Translations under genes and position numbers: made by a program
Shown: in pieces, positions 11,901-23,200 of the stretch
Numbering within the stretch: the first letter of the stretch is position 1
Layout of the letters: each line of letters begins with the position of its first letter
NCBI GenBank assembly: GCA_040954595.2
Contig: CM082581.2
Span: 14,437,350-14,501,349 of the forward strand
Length of the DNA stretch: 64,000 nt
Direction of reading: 5' to 3'
From: Balanoglossus misakiensis
Lineage: Eukaryota; Animalia; Hemichordata
The notes under the pieces: generated by a model
Told to the model about the DNA's origin: nothing
What the model saw: the letters and a program-made list of their open reading frames with translations, nothing else
Database searches by the model: none

Positions 11901-14818
11901 TATTTTCCCCTAGAAGCTCAACTGAAGCCTGATTCAGCTTAAGTTAACTTGCGCTTTGCGAAGTGGCACACACCGGGTTTAGTGAGAAAATGAGTCAGAC
12001 AAAGTTGAGATCATTTCCAGCTGAGAGTGACTGTCACTGTTTCCTCTACCAGACTGGGAACTTGAGCTCATTCTCTAACAACAAGCAGGTGTGTGCTGAC
12101 CAGCGCAAGGGAAAGAAAGTGCTACAGTCTCAAAATTTTGCTTTGCGCGTTGATTTTTATCATGAATTTGTTCGCGAAATTGGACGCGTGTTTCTGATTT
12201 GGACAGCAGCGCATAGGTGTGCAGGAATGCGTATAGTGGTGTATGTACTGTATCCTTGCAGACTTGGCAAACTTTTGCTGGGATTTGTGTACTAAATTGT
12301 TGGTTTGGTAACATATGATCACCATGCAAAAATGTTTGGGACTATGATAGAGGGTATAGGCTATAGTGCAAAGAAAAATTGTCATGCTTTTGTAAGTTTT
12401 ATTTTTCCCTAGCACAAGATGAGTGGCCAAATGTACAAGGAGGCTACACAGTTCAGTACACCATTTCTTAACTGCGCAAGTCACAGTGAAAGTGACAATA
12501 TTTACCATCAGGCTTCAGATTGGACTCCTATATTATCTTGTAGGACTTGTGCTTGAAATGAAAATGTTTATTCCACGCTTTATAATCCTGAGTTGTGAAT
12601 GATATTGTCAGTTATTCCATAGTTACACAATTAAATTTTAGAAGTGGTCTTCTGTTGGCTTCATAACGCCCTTCGAAGTATCATGATGGTTTGTTTTAAG
12701 ATACAAGTTAACACACCATCATGGTACGACTTCTTTCACGCAGTTAACTTTGCATTAAACAGTATCTCTTCCAGAAATTAAAAGACACAATATCCTTCAT
12801 ACTCAGTGATTATGGACATGTGATTGAAACATTTTCATTTCCTTTAGTCACAAAAGAACAAGTGTTATCATAGCAATGCTGTAAAGTATCCCTCCAGCTG
12901 ACATTTTATAGCTTGCATATTTTATTTTCAGTATATCTCAAGATAATTCACAAACATCTAAAAAGTTGATTGTATCAGTCTTGGTGGATGGGGCTCAACC
13001 TATTATCAACCTACTTTTTCGGATATAGGGTAAAGGGGAACGTTTTGCAGCATATCTATGATTGACAAAGAATAGTGTTTTCAGTGTGACATGCTGGTGA
13101 ACTTGAGTTTCTAGGGATCTTACAAAATTGTTACACGTTATTTTAGAATCTGACTTTTGACTTTTAGAGTATTGGCAACTCAATTACACCAAAAATTATC
13201 ACTGAATATACTTTGATGTATTTGACTAATCTGGTGCGATCATTTACATGGTGAGAAAACATGATTCTATTTTGCCACTTTTTAGCGCATGCTTCCCATA
13301 GATGGCGCTGCAGATCTGTTCACTCACAAAGCCCCAGAAACAGTATCAAGCAAAGTTTATACCATCCGGCCATATCTACGTAAAGATGAGGTAAGTTTGT
13401 CATGTAGTGCTATCTGATGACATTACACACTGAAGTTATCATTTATTAAGTTATATCTGCAAAATATGATAGCACGCTACATCTTTGACTTCAATTTAAA
13501 CATTCATATTTCATTACTCAAACTTATTTTTCAGTAAAAAAGTATTTGCATGACTTTGATAGAAATGTCCCTTTTGTTGTATATCAGGCTGGTGTCTACA
13601 AAGTATCCAGACTGACGTGTGATGATGGCAGTGATGGTACTGATCACTTCTCAGATTACCTAGACCTTATTGGTGACAAGTGAGTACGAAGAATGTCCAG
13701 TCTGTTCTGCTAAATGGAATACGAGTACTGAAGAAGCAAATAATCATGATGACACAAAATATAACTCTGAAAGATGCATCATTTCCTTCAAACTGTGAAC
13801 TTTCCAAAGTTGTTGCAAGCTTTTCAATTTATGTCGTCTGTGAAGACCATGTGCAGTTAGGAATTTATCGTTGATTATGATTAACACTTTATATTATCTC
13901 ATCTTTGTGATGAAGGAACAAGTCATACAACCCTTTTTCCTTCCTTGATATATTTGGACTACAGGTTGGTTGGAGGACTTGTGACACTAAGTCCTGAATA
14001 CTGCTTTGTCCTGGAAGATGAATCGGGGATCTGCGGTTATCTCTTGGCTGCATTGGATGCCAGAAATTATTACAAGATGTATGAAATGGCGTGGATACCT
14101 GAAATGTGTTCCAAATATCCCAAACCTTCGTCCATGGAAAATCACACACCAGCCGAGGTGAGGAATGTGTAGAAAATTTCTTGAGAGCAGTAACAATGTG
14201 TTGTTCATGAAGTAGTTTAAAAAAATGTAATGTCGAAAGTTAGTTAATTGGTGTGAAATTTTGTCTTTCGTAGGAAATCATCCTTGGCTTTCATGAGTAC
14301 AAGACATATCTACCGGAAAATTTGTACAAGAGGCACCGTTCGCTGGTGAAAATTGATATACTGCCAACAATTGAAGATAAAAGTGTTGTCAAGAACATGT
14401 TGGCCTGTGCTCTGGCTGCACTCAAATCAAATGGTAGGTATAATTGTACTGAATTGGACAGGGCTGGAGGTTGACGAAAATGATATGTGCAGTTTTACAG
14501 GAAGACAATGGGGATTGTGCTGGAAGATGTACAACACAACATGGATTTTGTTTTCAGTTTTGTTGCAATGTGTGGGATGAGTTTGTTCAGTGAGTAACAA
14601 AAAAAAATGGTAGTGAAATTATATTGAATGGTTAATACAATTCAAGGGTTAATGTGACTTTTGATATCTTTCTGTCAACAGGTTCACAGGGTGCATTTGT
14701 GGAAGTGGATATTGGAAACAAACACATGATTGACTTTTATTCCAAGCTTGGGTTCTTTGAGGTTCCGAACTTGGATCACACTTCAGAAAATGTTGTGGTC
14801 CTGGGACGAGCAATGTAA
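5956..14818 (+). CDS. OGA: Protein O-GlcNAcase (GH84 + stalk + pseudo-HAT). Exons 5956-6001, 6697-6846, 6968-7098, 7290-7458, 7669-7767, 7937-8065, 8325-8480, 8670-9454, 9860-10034, (10792-10845), 11769-11854, 13286-13390, 13588-13679, 13965-14157, 14274-14433, 14682-14818; 870 aa (888 with the cassette exon)
   Basis: Motifs [26 protein letters not shown], catalytic [56 protein letters not shown] and C-terminal FYSKLGF. Every intron is GT-AG and the frame is continuous to TAA at 14816-14818. Confidence 0.97.
10792..10845 (+). CDS. OGA: 54-nt frame-preserving OGA cassette exon ([19 protein letters not shown])
   Basis: Branch point ACTAAC at 10749, polypyrimidine tract, cag acceptor at 10791, donor ACAT|gtatgc, phase 1/1. 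The peptide resembles the insert I recall in insect OGA between WL and the GDxEPW motif. Confidence 0.8.
11087..11194 (+). other. Candidate poison/decoy exon in an OGA intron (108 nt, in-frame TAG at 11164-11166)
   Basis: Branch-like GCTAAT plus tgtgtttgctgttttcag acceptor ending at 11086; donor GTG|gtatga at 11195; stop codon in the phase-1 frame. Confidence 0.45.
11947..12481 (+). other. Large structured intronic RNA element in OGA
   Basis: Closing helices 11947-11954:12474-12481 (8 bp) and 11960-11966:12461-12467 (7 bp), plus several internal hairpins and an abutting helix 12287-12299:12448-12460. Paired by eye. Confidence 0.5.
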
Positions 14819-15139
14819 TTGAGAGTATTGTTAATGAGCTCATACATTGCAAGTGGAGATGTGCAGAGATCTTTTCGATCCTCTGTTTTTGGGAAAGCTG
14901 ATGAAAAAGGCTGTGTGTGCTACAGCAGTACATTTTTATAATGACAAGTTCAGTCTTACAAATAGTACGGTGCTTTGTGTAGACCTTAACATTTTTTAGT
15001 GCATTTATGTCATAAAGAGACCTTTATTCAGTGGTGTCACATTGCCAGCCTTTGGTTGTATGCTGAACCTTAGTCTCCATGTTAAAAACATAAGCCCACT
15101 CATAAGTGGCAAAGTTTTAGCAACTCGCAAGATTATAGT

Positions 15140-15525
15140 TAGTCTTGCTCCAAGACTGTGAAAAGCGCGCGCTAATCACACAGTCTTGCCGATTCTGTAA
15201 ACATCCTCAAGTGGTATTTGGAAACAGAGAACATTCAAACCTCATATGTCTGTCTATCAAATTAGTGTCGCATCAACATGATGTTCTATACGCGTACATA
15301 CCAAGTATAGAATACGCATTTTGAATGTTCTCGCGAGCTCGTGTGCACTTCTACACATTCTACAGGTTCTACATGCGAATTAACCCCGCCCCTCGCCTTA
15401 CTCATGAATATTCATATCAAATATATGTGTACAGAAACGTACAGTCGCTTTGGCTGGTGGCGCGTTGTATGCAGTAAGAAAGTTCCATTCCTTATCGACG
15501 GGTACAGCGACTGCCATAGAGTCTA
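15140..15525. mobile_element. Non-autonomous DNA element with TAG...CTA termini and a 9-bp TSD, in the probable OGA 3' UTR (AcademH- or MULE-like)
   Basis: Flanks GATTATAGT (15131-15139) and GATTACAGT (15526-15534); termini TAGTCT / AGTCTA; terminal hairpin AGTCTTG-CTC-CAAGACT; CpG-rich interior; 17-nt copy of the left end at 33235-33251. Confidence 0.7.
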
Positions 15526-16336
15526 GATTACAGTATGTAACTTGAGATTATGCAAGGATTTGTAAAATGAATGGTTGTGAGCAAGAGAAAATAAAATAAA
15601 AAGGAAAATATGGACCATTCACTACTTTACCCTGTAGATCTGCCGGTTCAACTCGTACTTTCAACTGTGGGTAACATTACTTTTCCCCGACTCAAAAAAT
15701 GTACATTGTATGTTATCGAAGTGCATGTGTGAGTTTTCATATGTGTGTTTAGCAAATTGCAAACATTTTACGGACCAACAGTATGAGTTTCGAGAACATG
15801 CATTCTTGCTTCGTCAAATCTCATCGATTAAAAAAGTTTGGGTGAAGCCTGAACTTAAATAACTGATATGTATTGCCAAGTCAAGAACGCAATTTTTTTT
15901 GCTGTCAGTGTGTCACCATACAAAAAGGCGTATATTTAAGAGTATTTACTTCCAAAGTAATTGTCATTTTTCAACTTTTCTGTGTTATGGTCACAACTGA
16001 AATTTGTTTACTGTACTTTGTCATGATATAATTCTTAATTCCTGGATATCAAAGCCGTGAATAAAAAATAAACATTGAACTTTCTGGCTGGTATGTGTGT
16101 ATGACAGATGTAAGATTACCTGTAACATGTTCTTCCAAGTTGACATGGGTAAGGGGTAATTTGACTGCTTATGGATTAATTTTCAGTCAAAATGCTGCTT
16201 TGTTATGAATTCCCTATCTAAAATCTGTTGTTGATTCAGCTTTTAAATTGCGTAAATTGTTAGATGATAGAGTAAATCACTGCTTTTAGTTGCAGTAGGA
16301 AAGGAACACAAATCCAGCATTCATACGAAGCGTGTG

Positions 16337-16350
16337 AATAAACCTTTATT
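16337..16350. terminator. Back-to-back polyadenylation signals AATAAA-cc-TTTATT between convergent OGA and REEP; further OGA signals near 16060-16072
   Basis: Hexamers on opposite strands, 2 nt apart, lying between the two stop codons. Confidence 0.55.
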
Positions 16351-18300
16351 ACCAATATAACAAGCTGAACAATAAATACAATTATTCTAAATGTAAACTT
16401 TGTGGCTAATCAAACCAAGTAACACGGGCCATGCCAGTGGACCCTCCCCCACACTACATGATGAAACTACAGTGGCAAGTCTCTATGCTGATTGCAAACG
16501 CTGGTAAAACACTGACAAGTTTTAGTACCAAATTTGTTACAATTCAAAAGTGAAAAATATATACATGAATATGTAATTTGCATCATAATCTCATCCGAGA
16601 TGTCTTACTGAAAATTATTAAAAGTGTTAGTGTTTTACTTAAAATACACCAAAATTATTAAACCATTCCTTGCAACAACAAAAAATGTGTCAAAGAAGAA
16701 ATTCTAATCACCTCTGTAAATTAAGCCTGAGGAGGTTTATATACCAGTATTACCATATTTGCACTCTGGTGTAATTCTAGGTTGTTGCATTTGGCATTCT
16801 ACACACTTGACTTGACCAAATAATTAATTTTAACTACTCGTTCCTGGTGTTGATGTGTATAGCAGATGACATGCATTATAACACCCAACCATTTCTTTTT
16901 TCATTCTCAGTGGCTGCGTGCGACAAACTGAGTTTCAGTCTCACGTTTCTCTGTGTAGAGGTCCAATTTTATCATGAAAACAATGGATTTGGGGCAAACC
17001 ATGTTGGTCAAAGGGTTAATGTACATTATGTTCAGGTTTAGGATGTTTGGGTCAATTGAACAATTTTACATTTCTTTGCATCTGCTACACATGATTATTG
17101 TGCAGAAAAAATTTTCTAGCATCACACAAAATATTCCCAGATTAGCAAGAGGTCTGTGGTGGTATATAGTCACCCTGCATCCTACATTTTGTCATGGAAG
17201 GACACGCTGTTGGCAGGTTGTACTTGATGGAGCTTTAATGAGATCTCCCTGACTTTGTAGTACTAGTACGCATTTGAATAGTATAAACCCTGCAGTTCCA
17301 AAAATACATAGCTATTCAGCTATGAATATATGCAGAAACACCACCGCCATGCGATTGGTTTGAGGTTCATTAACTCAGAATAGGTTGACATCATAGGGTC
17401 CCTAGTTTTTATCAACAGTGAAGACACCGTGACAAACTTTACCTATGTTACCAAAAATAATTCAGTCTGAAAGTTTGATGCTATTTGTATATTGTCAACC
17501 ACAGTATCATAAAGTCAAAAACTGGGATGCATACTCCAAAATTCATTTGTCAACGAAAAAAATTAATAAATTTTAAACTCAGCCCAAAAAATGCTGTTAA
17601 CAAATTGTTGCTACTAAACTTTAAAAAAGGCACTTGAATATGCAGAAAAATCTGTGCATCTCATTTTCATGCTGACTGACTGTAATGATCAAAGCTTGAT
17701 ATTACAGTCCTGTCATGTGTCGATGTGACCTGGGTTCATGGAAAGGCCATTGACTGGAAGAAACCACAGATCAAATTGTGTACACACATACACCTGTCTG
17801 TGGTACAGTCTTGATTGTGAACATAATCTGTGTGCATACATCAGCTCAGCTTATAAGTTTCTATTGATAGTTTTGAAGGCATTGTCAAATCAAAATCCTC
17901 CATTATGGTATTGAATGACACTACCATATACCAGTAAACAACAAAGAAAAATATCAATAAATAAAAACACTAAAGAAGGCAGTGGAGTAATGTTAGGAAA
18001 AGGGTGGTTACATGGACAAAGTCATATTTCTTTTTACTTTGTTTGAACACTGAACATAGCTCAACTGTACATTACTAATATTTGAGTGACTTTGAGCTCA
18101 TGAACCCTGGTTTCTCCTGAAGTTTGGCAAAATAACAGAAGACCTCAAATAATCCTTCACACACACATACAAGGTATTTACATGTCATTCCGAACAGAAC
18201 TCTGATGATCAATAATTCTGATGTTTCAGTCTACAGAAAAATTAAATCAACACGTTGCAACTTTGTCCATATTAGTAACCATATAACCATATTAACCCTA

Positions 18301-18382
18301 CCAACTATAGACCAAATGATCTATGTAGCAACTATACACCAAACAGGTTATATTCCAACTGTAGACCAAATGGTCTGTGCAG
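18301..18382. repeat. Three degenerate copies of a ~27-bp tandem repeat (CAACTRTASACCAAA core) in the putative REEP 3' UTR
   Basis: ccaactatagaccaaatgatctatgtag / caactatacaccaaacaggttatatt / ccaactgtagaccaaatggtctgtgcag. Confidence 0.75.
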
Positions 18383-20263
18383 AAACCACTTTGAATTTAC
18401 ATACGCAGATTGTTAGTACTGTAAATAAGTTTATAAAGCTCAAGGTTTACATTTTAGAAGAAAAAATATTGACTGTAAAGAGCGATCCTAATCGACACAT
18501 AAATACACACTGGAAGGAATATTTCCTAAGATTTATAAAATATAAGCTCAATAGATATAGAATTCATTTTAATCAGTCCTTGACATAACCAGCATAAAAA
18601 ATTAATACAATTTTTATCACACGTCCAAGTTGTTGGAATGATACACTTGGCAACTTGTGACATCTTTTGTTTTCCCACTGATACGGCATTAAGGATGTCA
18701 GTGTTCTTCCAAGGAAAGATTACAATAGGCAAGAAGACAAAAATAGGTAACCACAGTGCAATGTCACAATATGCTGGTTATCATCGCAATTATGAGGCAG
18801 CTCCTTCTGCTTTTTACCAGACTGAAAACAACCAAGTGCACATAATCATCTTTTCCCCTGCTTGTTCAGTTTCCTGTTTGTGTAAATGATACCACAGTGG
18901 TATCCAATGGCAACACTGTGGGTTGTTGTGGAAACGTAACAAACCCGAGCATCTTTTTATCAGATATAACTCGGCCTTCCCTGAAACTGTCACCAGATTT
19001 CTTCACTTCGTCAGAACCTGCATTTGGCAAGTCAAGTGCATAACACATTGGCACGAGATTACCTATTTGCTTGAATCTGTTGAGCAACAGAACCAACTCA
19101 TCAATTTTCAGTCTGGAACTCCTCTCTCAAATTTAGCTGCCACTGCAGCAAATAAAGCTATGAATAACAACAAGTACACTACACAAACATGGAAGACATA
19201 CTTTCAAAATGGTCACAGTAAATATTTACATCTTAATTCCAACCAAGAACCGGAAGATTTGATTGAATTTTGACATAATTGTTCAGGCCAGCTCAACCAC
19301 AGACGTGAATTTGATAATGCATAGATTGACAGACACGCCAAGCACCAATCAACACTTACACATGCCGCATAGACAGCAAAATGTGTCACAACCTGTGTGT
19401 CTGTAGTGACTTCTCTGAGCAATCCCACAGCACTGTGTAATTGACGTAAAAAATATGGTCCATCAAAATTGACCCAAAATTGTTCACTGGGTGATATGTG
19501 TAATAAAGCAACTAATTTTCTCCCGTCTATAAATTAACACTGGCCGTTCTCTGTTATGTTATCAACAGCACTGAACTGATTGTCACTACAATTCAGCTCT
19601 GTTCACTGGCAGCTTTTCCTATTTCAGAAGTTGATATAGAGTGCCCTCAAGTAAACTGGCCATGTCCCCAAAGGGCAAATAAACTATGCAATTACTCTTG
19701 GACCTGTTTTTGACTGACTGATATGGCCAGACAACATCTATGGTATGCCTAACTCACTAATTTTCATGTTGGCAATATTTTCCTTCAATGGAATTTCAAA
19801 TCCAAATGACATGACACAAGTCACTTCAACCGAAATGTAAATTTCAGTCCTCAATCTAACCGCTCCAAATCCATCTAATTACTCTCCATTATTGTAATAA
19901 TCTAACTCTACACTGGAAATGCGGACTTTGACATCCGGTGCTTGCCACCCTTATCCTGTGAACAAGTTTTTTTTTGTGAGTGTAAAAAATGTGAGGTTTG
20001 GGAGTACATGCTACATCACGGTTGTAGAAAAAAAGACACCCTTGAACAATTGTCATTTCACAAAGTGATTTGCATGTTGATGTGCGAATAATGTTCAAGA
20101 CAGTTCATCCAATTGATGGCATTAGTCTCTGTTTTGAGAAAAAAGTCCACTTCAAATTCCACTTTGTCCACTAGGCCCTAGGGCTGGCCTCAGATTGAGT
20201 TGTCTGTAGTGTATAATCTCAGTCCATGACAGTCAGCTTTTCAGACCCATTGACACTTTCTCT

Positions 20264-23200
20264 TCAGTAGTTGGTGTTTCTGGTGGAGTGTCTGGTGCTT
20301 CTAGCAGAATGCTGAGGAGAAGTCTTGCTGCTAATCTGAAAGAATGGGAGTCAGGAAAATCAATCACTTAGAGTTAGAGGTAACCAAAAAGTTCTGTGTA
20401 GTACATATGCATGTGTGTGTGTGTCCATGTACACATGCTTGCTGAAATCTCTCAAAAAGAAGGACTTCTATTGTTTTGTGTAACTTACACTTGAAGCAAG
20501 GTTCATACTCTCAGAATTCCCAGAGATGCGACAATTATCATCCAAAATACTACACTGACACTGTTCGACTCACCTAAATCGATGTCAACACTTTTGGAAA
20601 GTTCATAGTTGGCCTGAAAAATTGGAATTGCTGTCACTATCAAATGCTGTCTTTTCCCTGCTCCCTAACCTTGCTCTTGTCACCTTATTTCATCCATTTA
20701 ACCTTTTTTGTCATTCCATTTTTTTAGCGGTATACACAGACTGACAGACAAGGACAATAAACACAACCAACATTACTCCAGAACCTTCTGTGATGAACCT
20801 ACCCATACACTCGTTTCACCATAGATCATGCACATGGCCACTTACCCATCCACATTGTTTAACCCTATGCAACAATGTCCTTGCCAAAGCATTGCATCCC
20901 TCCTGAGACTATTTTACTACAACCAGGTAACCCCTCAGACCACAATCCATCGATACTCAATGCAAAACTCAATGGTGCTGATATGTCGAATGCCCAATAC
21001 ACAAGTCAGTACCCAGCAACAAGCTACATACAGCATGCTAATGACACTCCAGACAACCCAAATGGGGACCCATGAACAACCCACTGATACCCATGTACAG
21101 CATTCAACATGTTTCAGGATGTTGAAATACAAAAAATAGTGAAAGACACTGTCCAAAGTTACAGCTACTGAAAGTTAAAATGTGTACTCTCCTTATCAAC
21201 ACACCATGCAGGTTAGAACCAACCAACCAACCAACCAAAAAAATACCAACCTATTCTACAAAAAACCCACCAGTCTATCTACCCACCTCTTGGTGTTTTT
21301 TGATGTGCTGCCTGACACTTCCTTCTTGTGCATAAAATCCGTAACTATATCTCTTCACATTGATCTCAGTGCCCTCATTGTCTACCTGTCTGTTTGAATC
21401 TTCCTCTTTGTTGAGATCCCGTCTTCGTCTGCGTCTGGTCTGCACTGGTGCCTGTTCACTTGATAGTTCCTTCTCTTGCTGTAAATACTTCTCTGTAACT
21501 TTGTTGTCAACATTGTCTGTTTCTGAAATGGGATTCACATCATGATATTGTGGATGACACCTCTTTTCCATTGTCATTACAATGTGACTATTTCTGCCAC
21601 AGTTTGATACAAAATCACACTAGCAACATTCACCCCCTAAATAATAGATGGACACAAGTGATGCGACATTTACCTATCGTTGGTTGATCTTCTTTCTCGG
21701 TTTCTCTCTGCACCACTTCCTCTTGGATCTCCGTCCTCTTTTTATTCTTGTCTGCTTCAGGAGAGTTGGCAAATTGCCGTATATGGTCCACCAGTGATGA
21801 CTGGCCCTGTGATCACAAACAGTGATTAATTTTCACTGAGAAATCTTGCGAGTAACTTTTAGCTATCTCTCTAGTTTTTCTGTTCTGTGTATTAACTGTA
21901 ATTTCTCATTCTATCCTCTGCTGCATGCTGAATCATCCAGTCAATGTAATCTGTATACAGTTGCAACACTGTTACTCACCTAAGATAGACTAAAAGGCAA
22001 AACTACACATATGTTGCTTGCTTGTTCACCTATGAAATCATTTTCCCTGAGATTGCATAGTGCAATGGGTGATGATTTCACAAACACCCGCCTATAATTG
22101 CCCATTTAAACGCAAATTCAAACACTGCCTCAACATTGCCATACTCACCATAATGGCTGACGATACAACAGCATTTGCAGCTATTGTTAAGCCATTTTTA
22201 CTGACTCTCTTAAGAGTCTGGTAGCTCTTGTCACTGGCCGTGGCTATGTACTCATCGATTTCCTGCAAACAACCATCACAGATCATGTCAACTGTATTGT
22301 TATCAAACTGTTAGGGGATTTCAGAGATTGGGAAATTGTTTTCCGAGGGAGTGTACTGGTATTCTGCAGGCCTGTCCACACACAAATTCCAGACAATAAA
22401 CCAATATGCTATTACTTGTGCGATGCTCATATAAAAAATTGACAAACGTGACTGCGTCTCTTTGTCGAGTAAACTGACTATAAACACACAGCACAAATGC
22501 TGGAAATGTGAAACATAACATTTAAAATCATTTCATGTTAGTGCAATGATTATCAACACTCTTTGCAAGTTTACTTACTTTCTCTCGTTTGCTTAAAGTT
22601 GGATGGATGAATTTCCTGTAAATGTAGCTGGAACCTCGTGTCCATGGTGACAAGAGCCAAAAAATAAACAAAATCTTGGCCTCGTAATAAAATGGAATTC
22701 TGCAGAACCATAAAAAGGAAAGGAGATTATTAGATTTCTGTACATACTTCAGTTTTTACGTCTGAATGGGTTTCTAGAAGGTATGTACAGAGAAAATGCC
22801 GTGAGATGTAAGAGCAGTAATGGGATTGTTGAGAAATGACGTAATGATGATAAATGAGAATCTCTGTGGCTGTTTATGGTAATGGAGAGGATGATATAGT
22901 CAGAACAGCACCCTCATGACGAGAGCTTAAACTTTGAATCAGCATGATGTATCAAAAGCTTGATGACGTCCAGACTTGCACACCCCAGTATTAAATTCAA
23001 TCAGGAGAAATCTCTGTCAATTTGATGAAATGAATTTGATACAGGATTTCAATACAACTAAGTAGGAATGGGATACTTACAGTGAAGAAAAGATGTCTGC
23101 CACTGTCTCTATGCATGTGAATAATGCAAATACTATCCAATACATCATCCATTTCACCTGCAAAGATAAATAAAACGACCAGTCAGATTGAGGTACCTGA

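Noticed and set aside
11947-12481. Intron-encoded RNase P/MRP, telomerase or 7SK identity for the structured domain
   Set aside because: ACACAGTTCAG only loosely resembles CR-V; I saw no matching CR-I/P4, no CTAACCCT template and no 7SK signature.
20828-21156. Overlapping ORFs in a REEP intron (hydrophobic minus ORF, P/N-rich plus ORF)
   Set aside because: No recognisable domain or clearly consistent splice phases.
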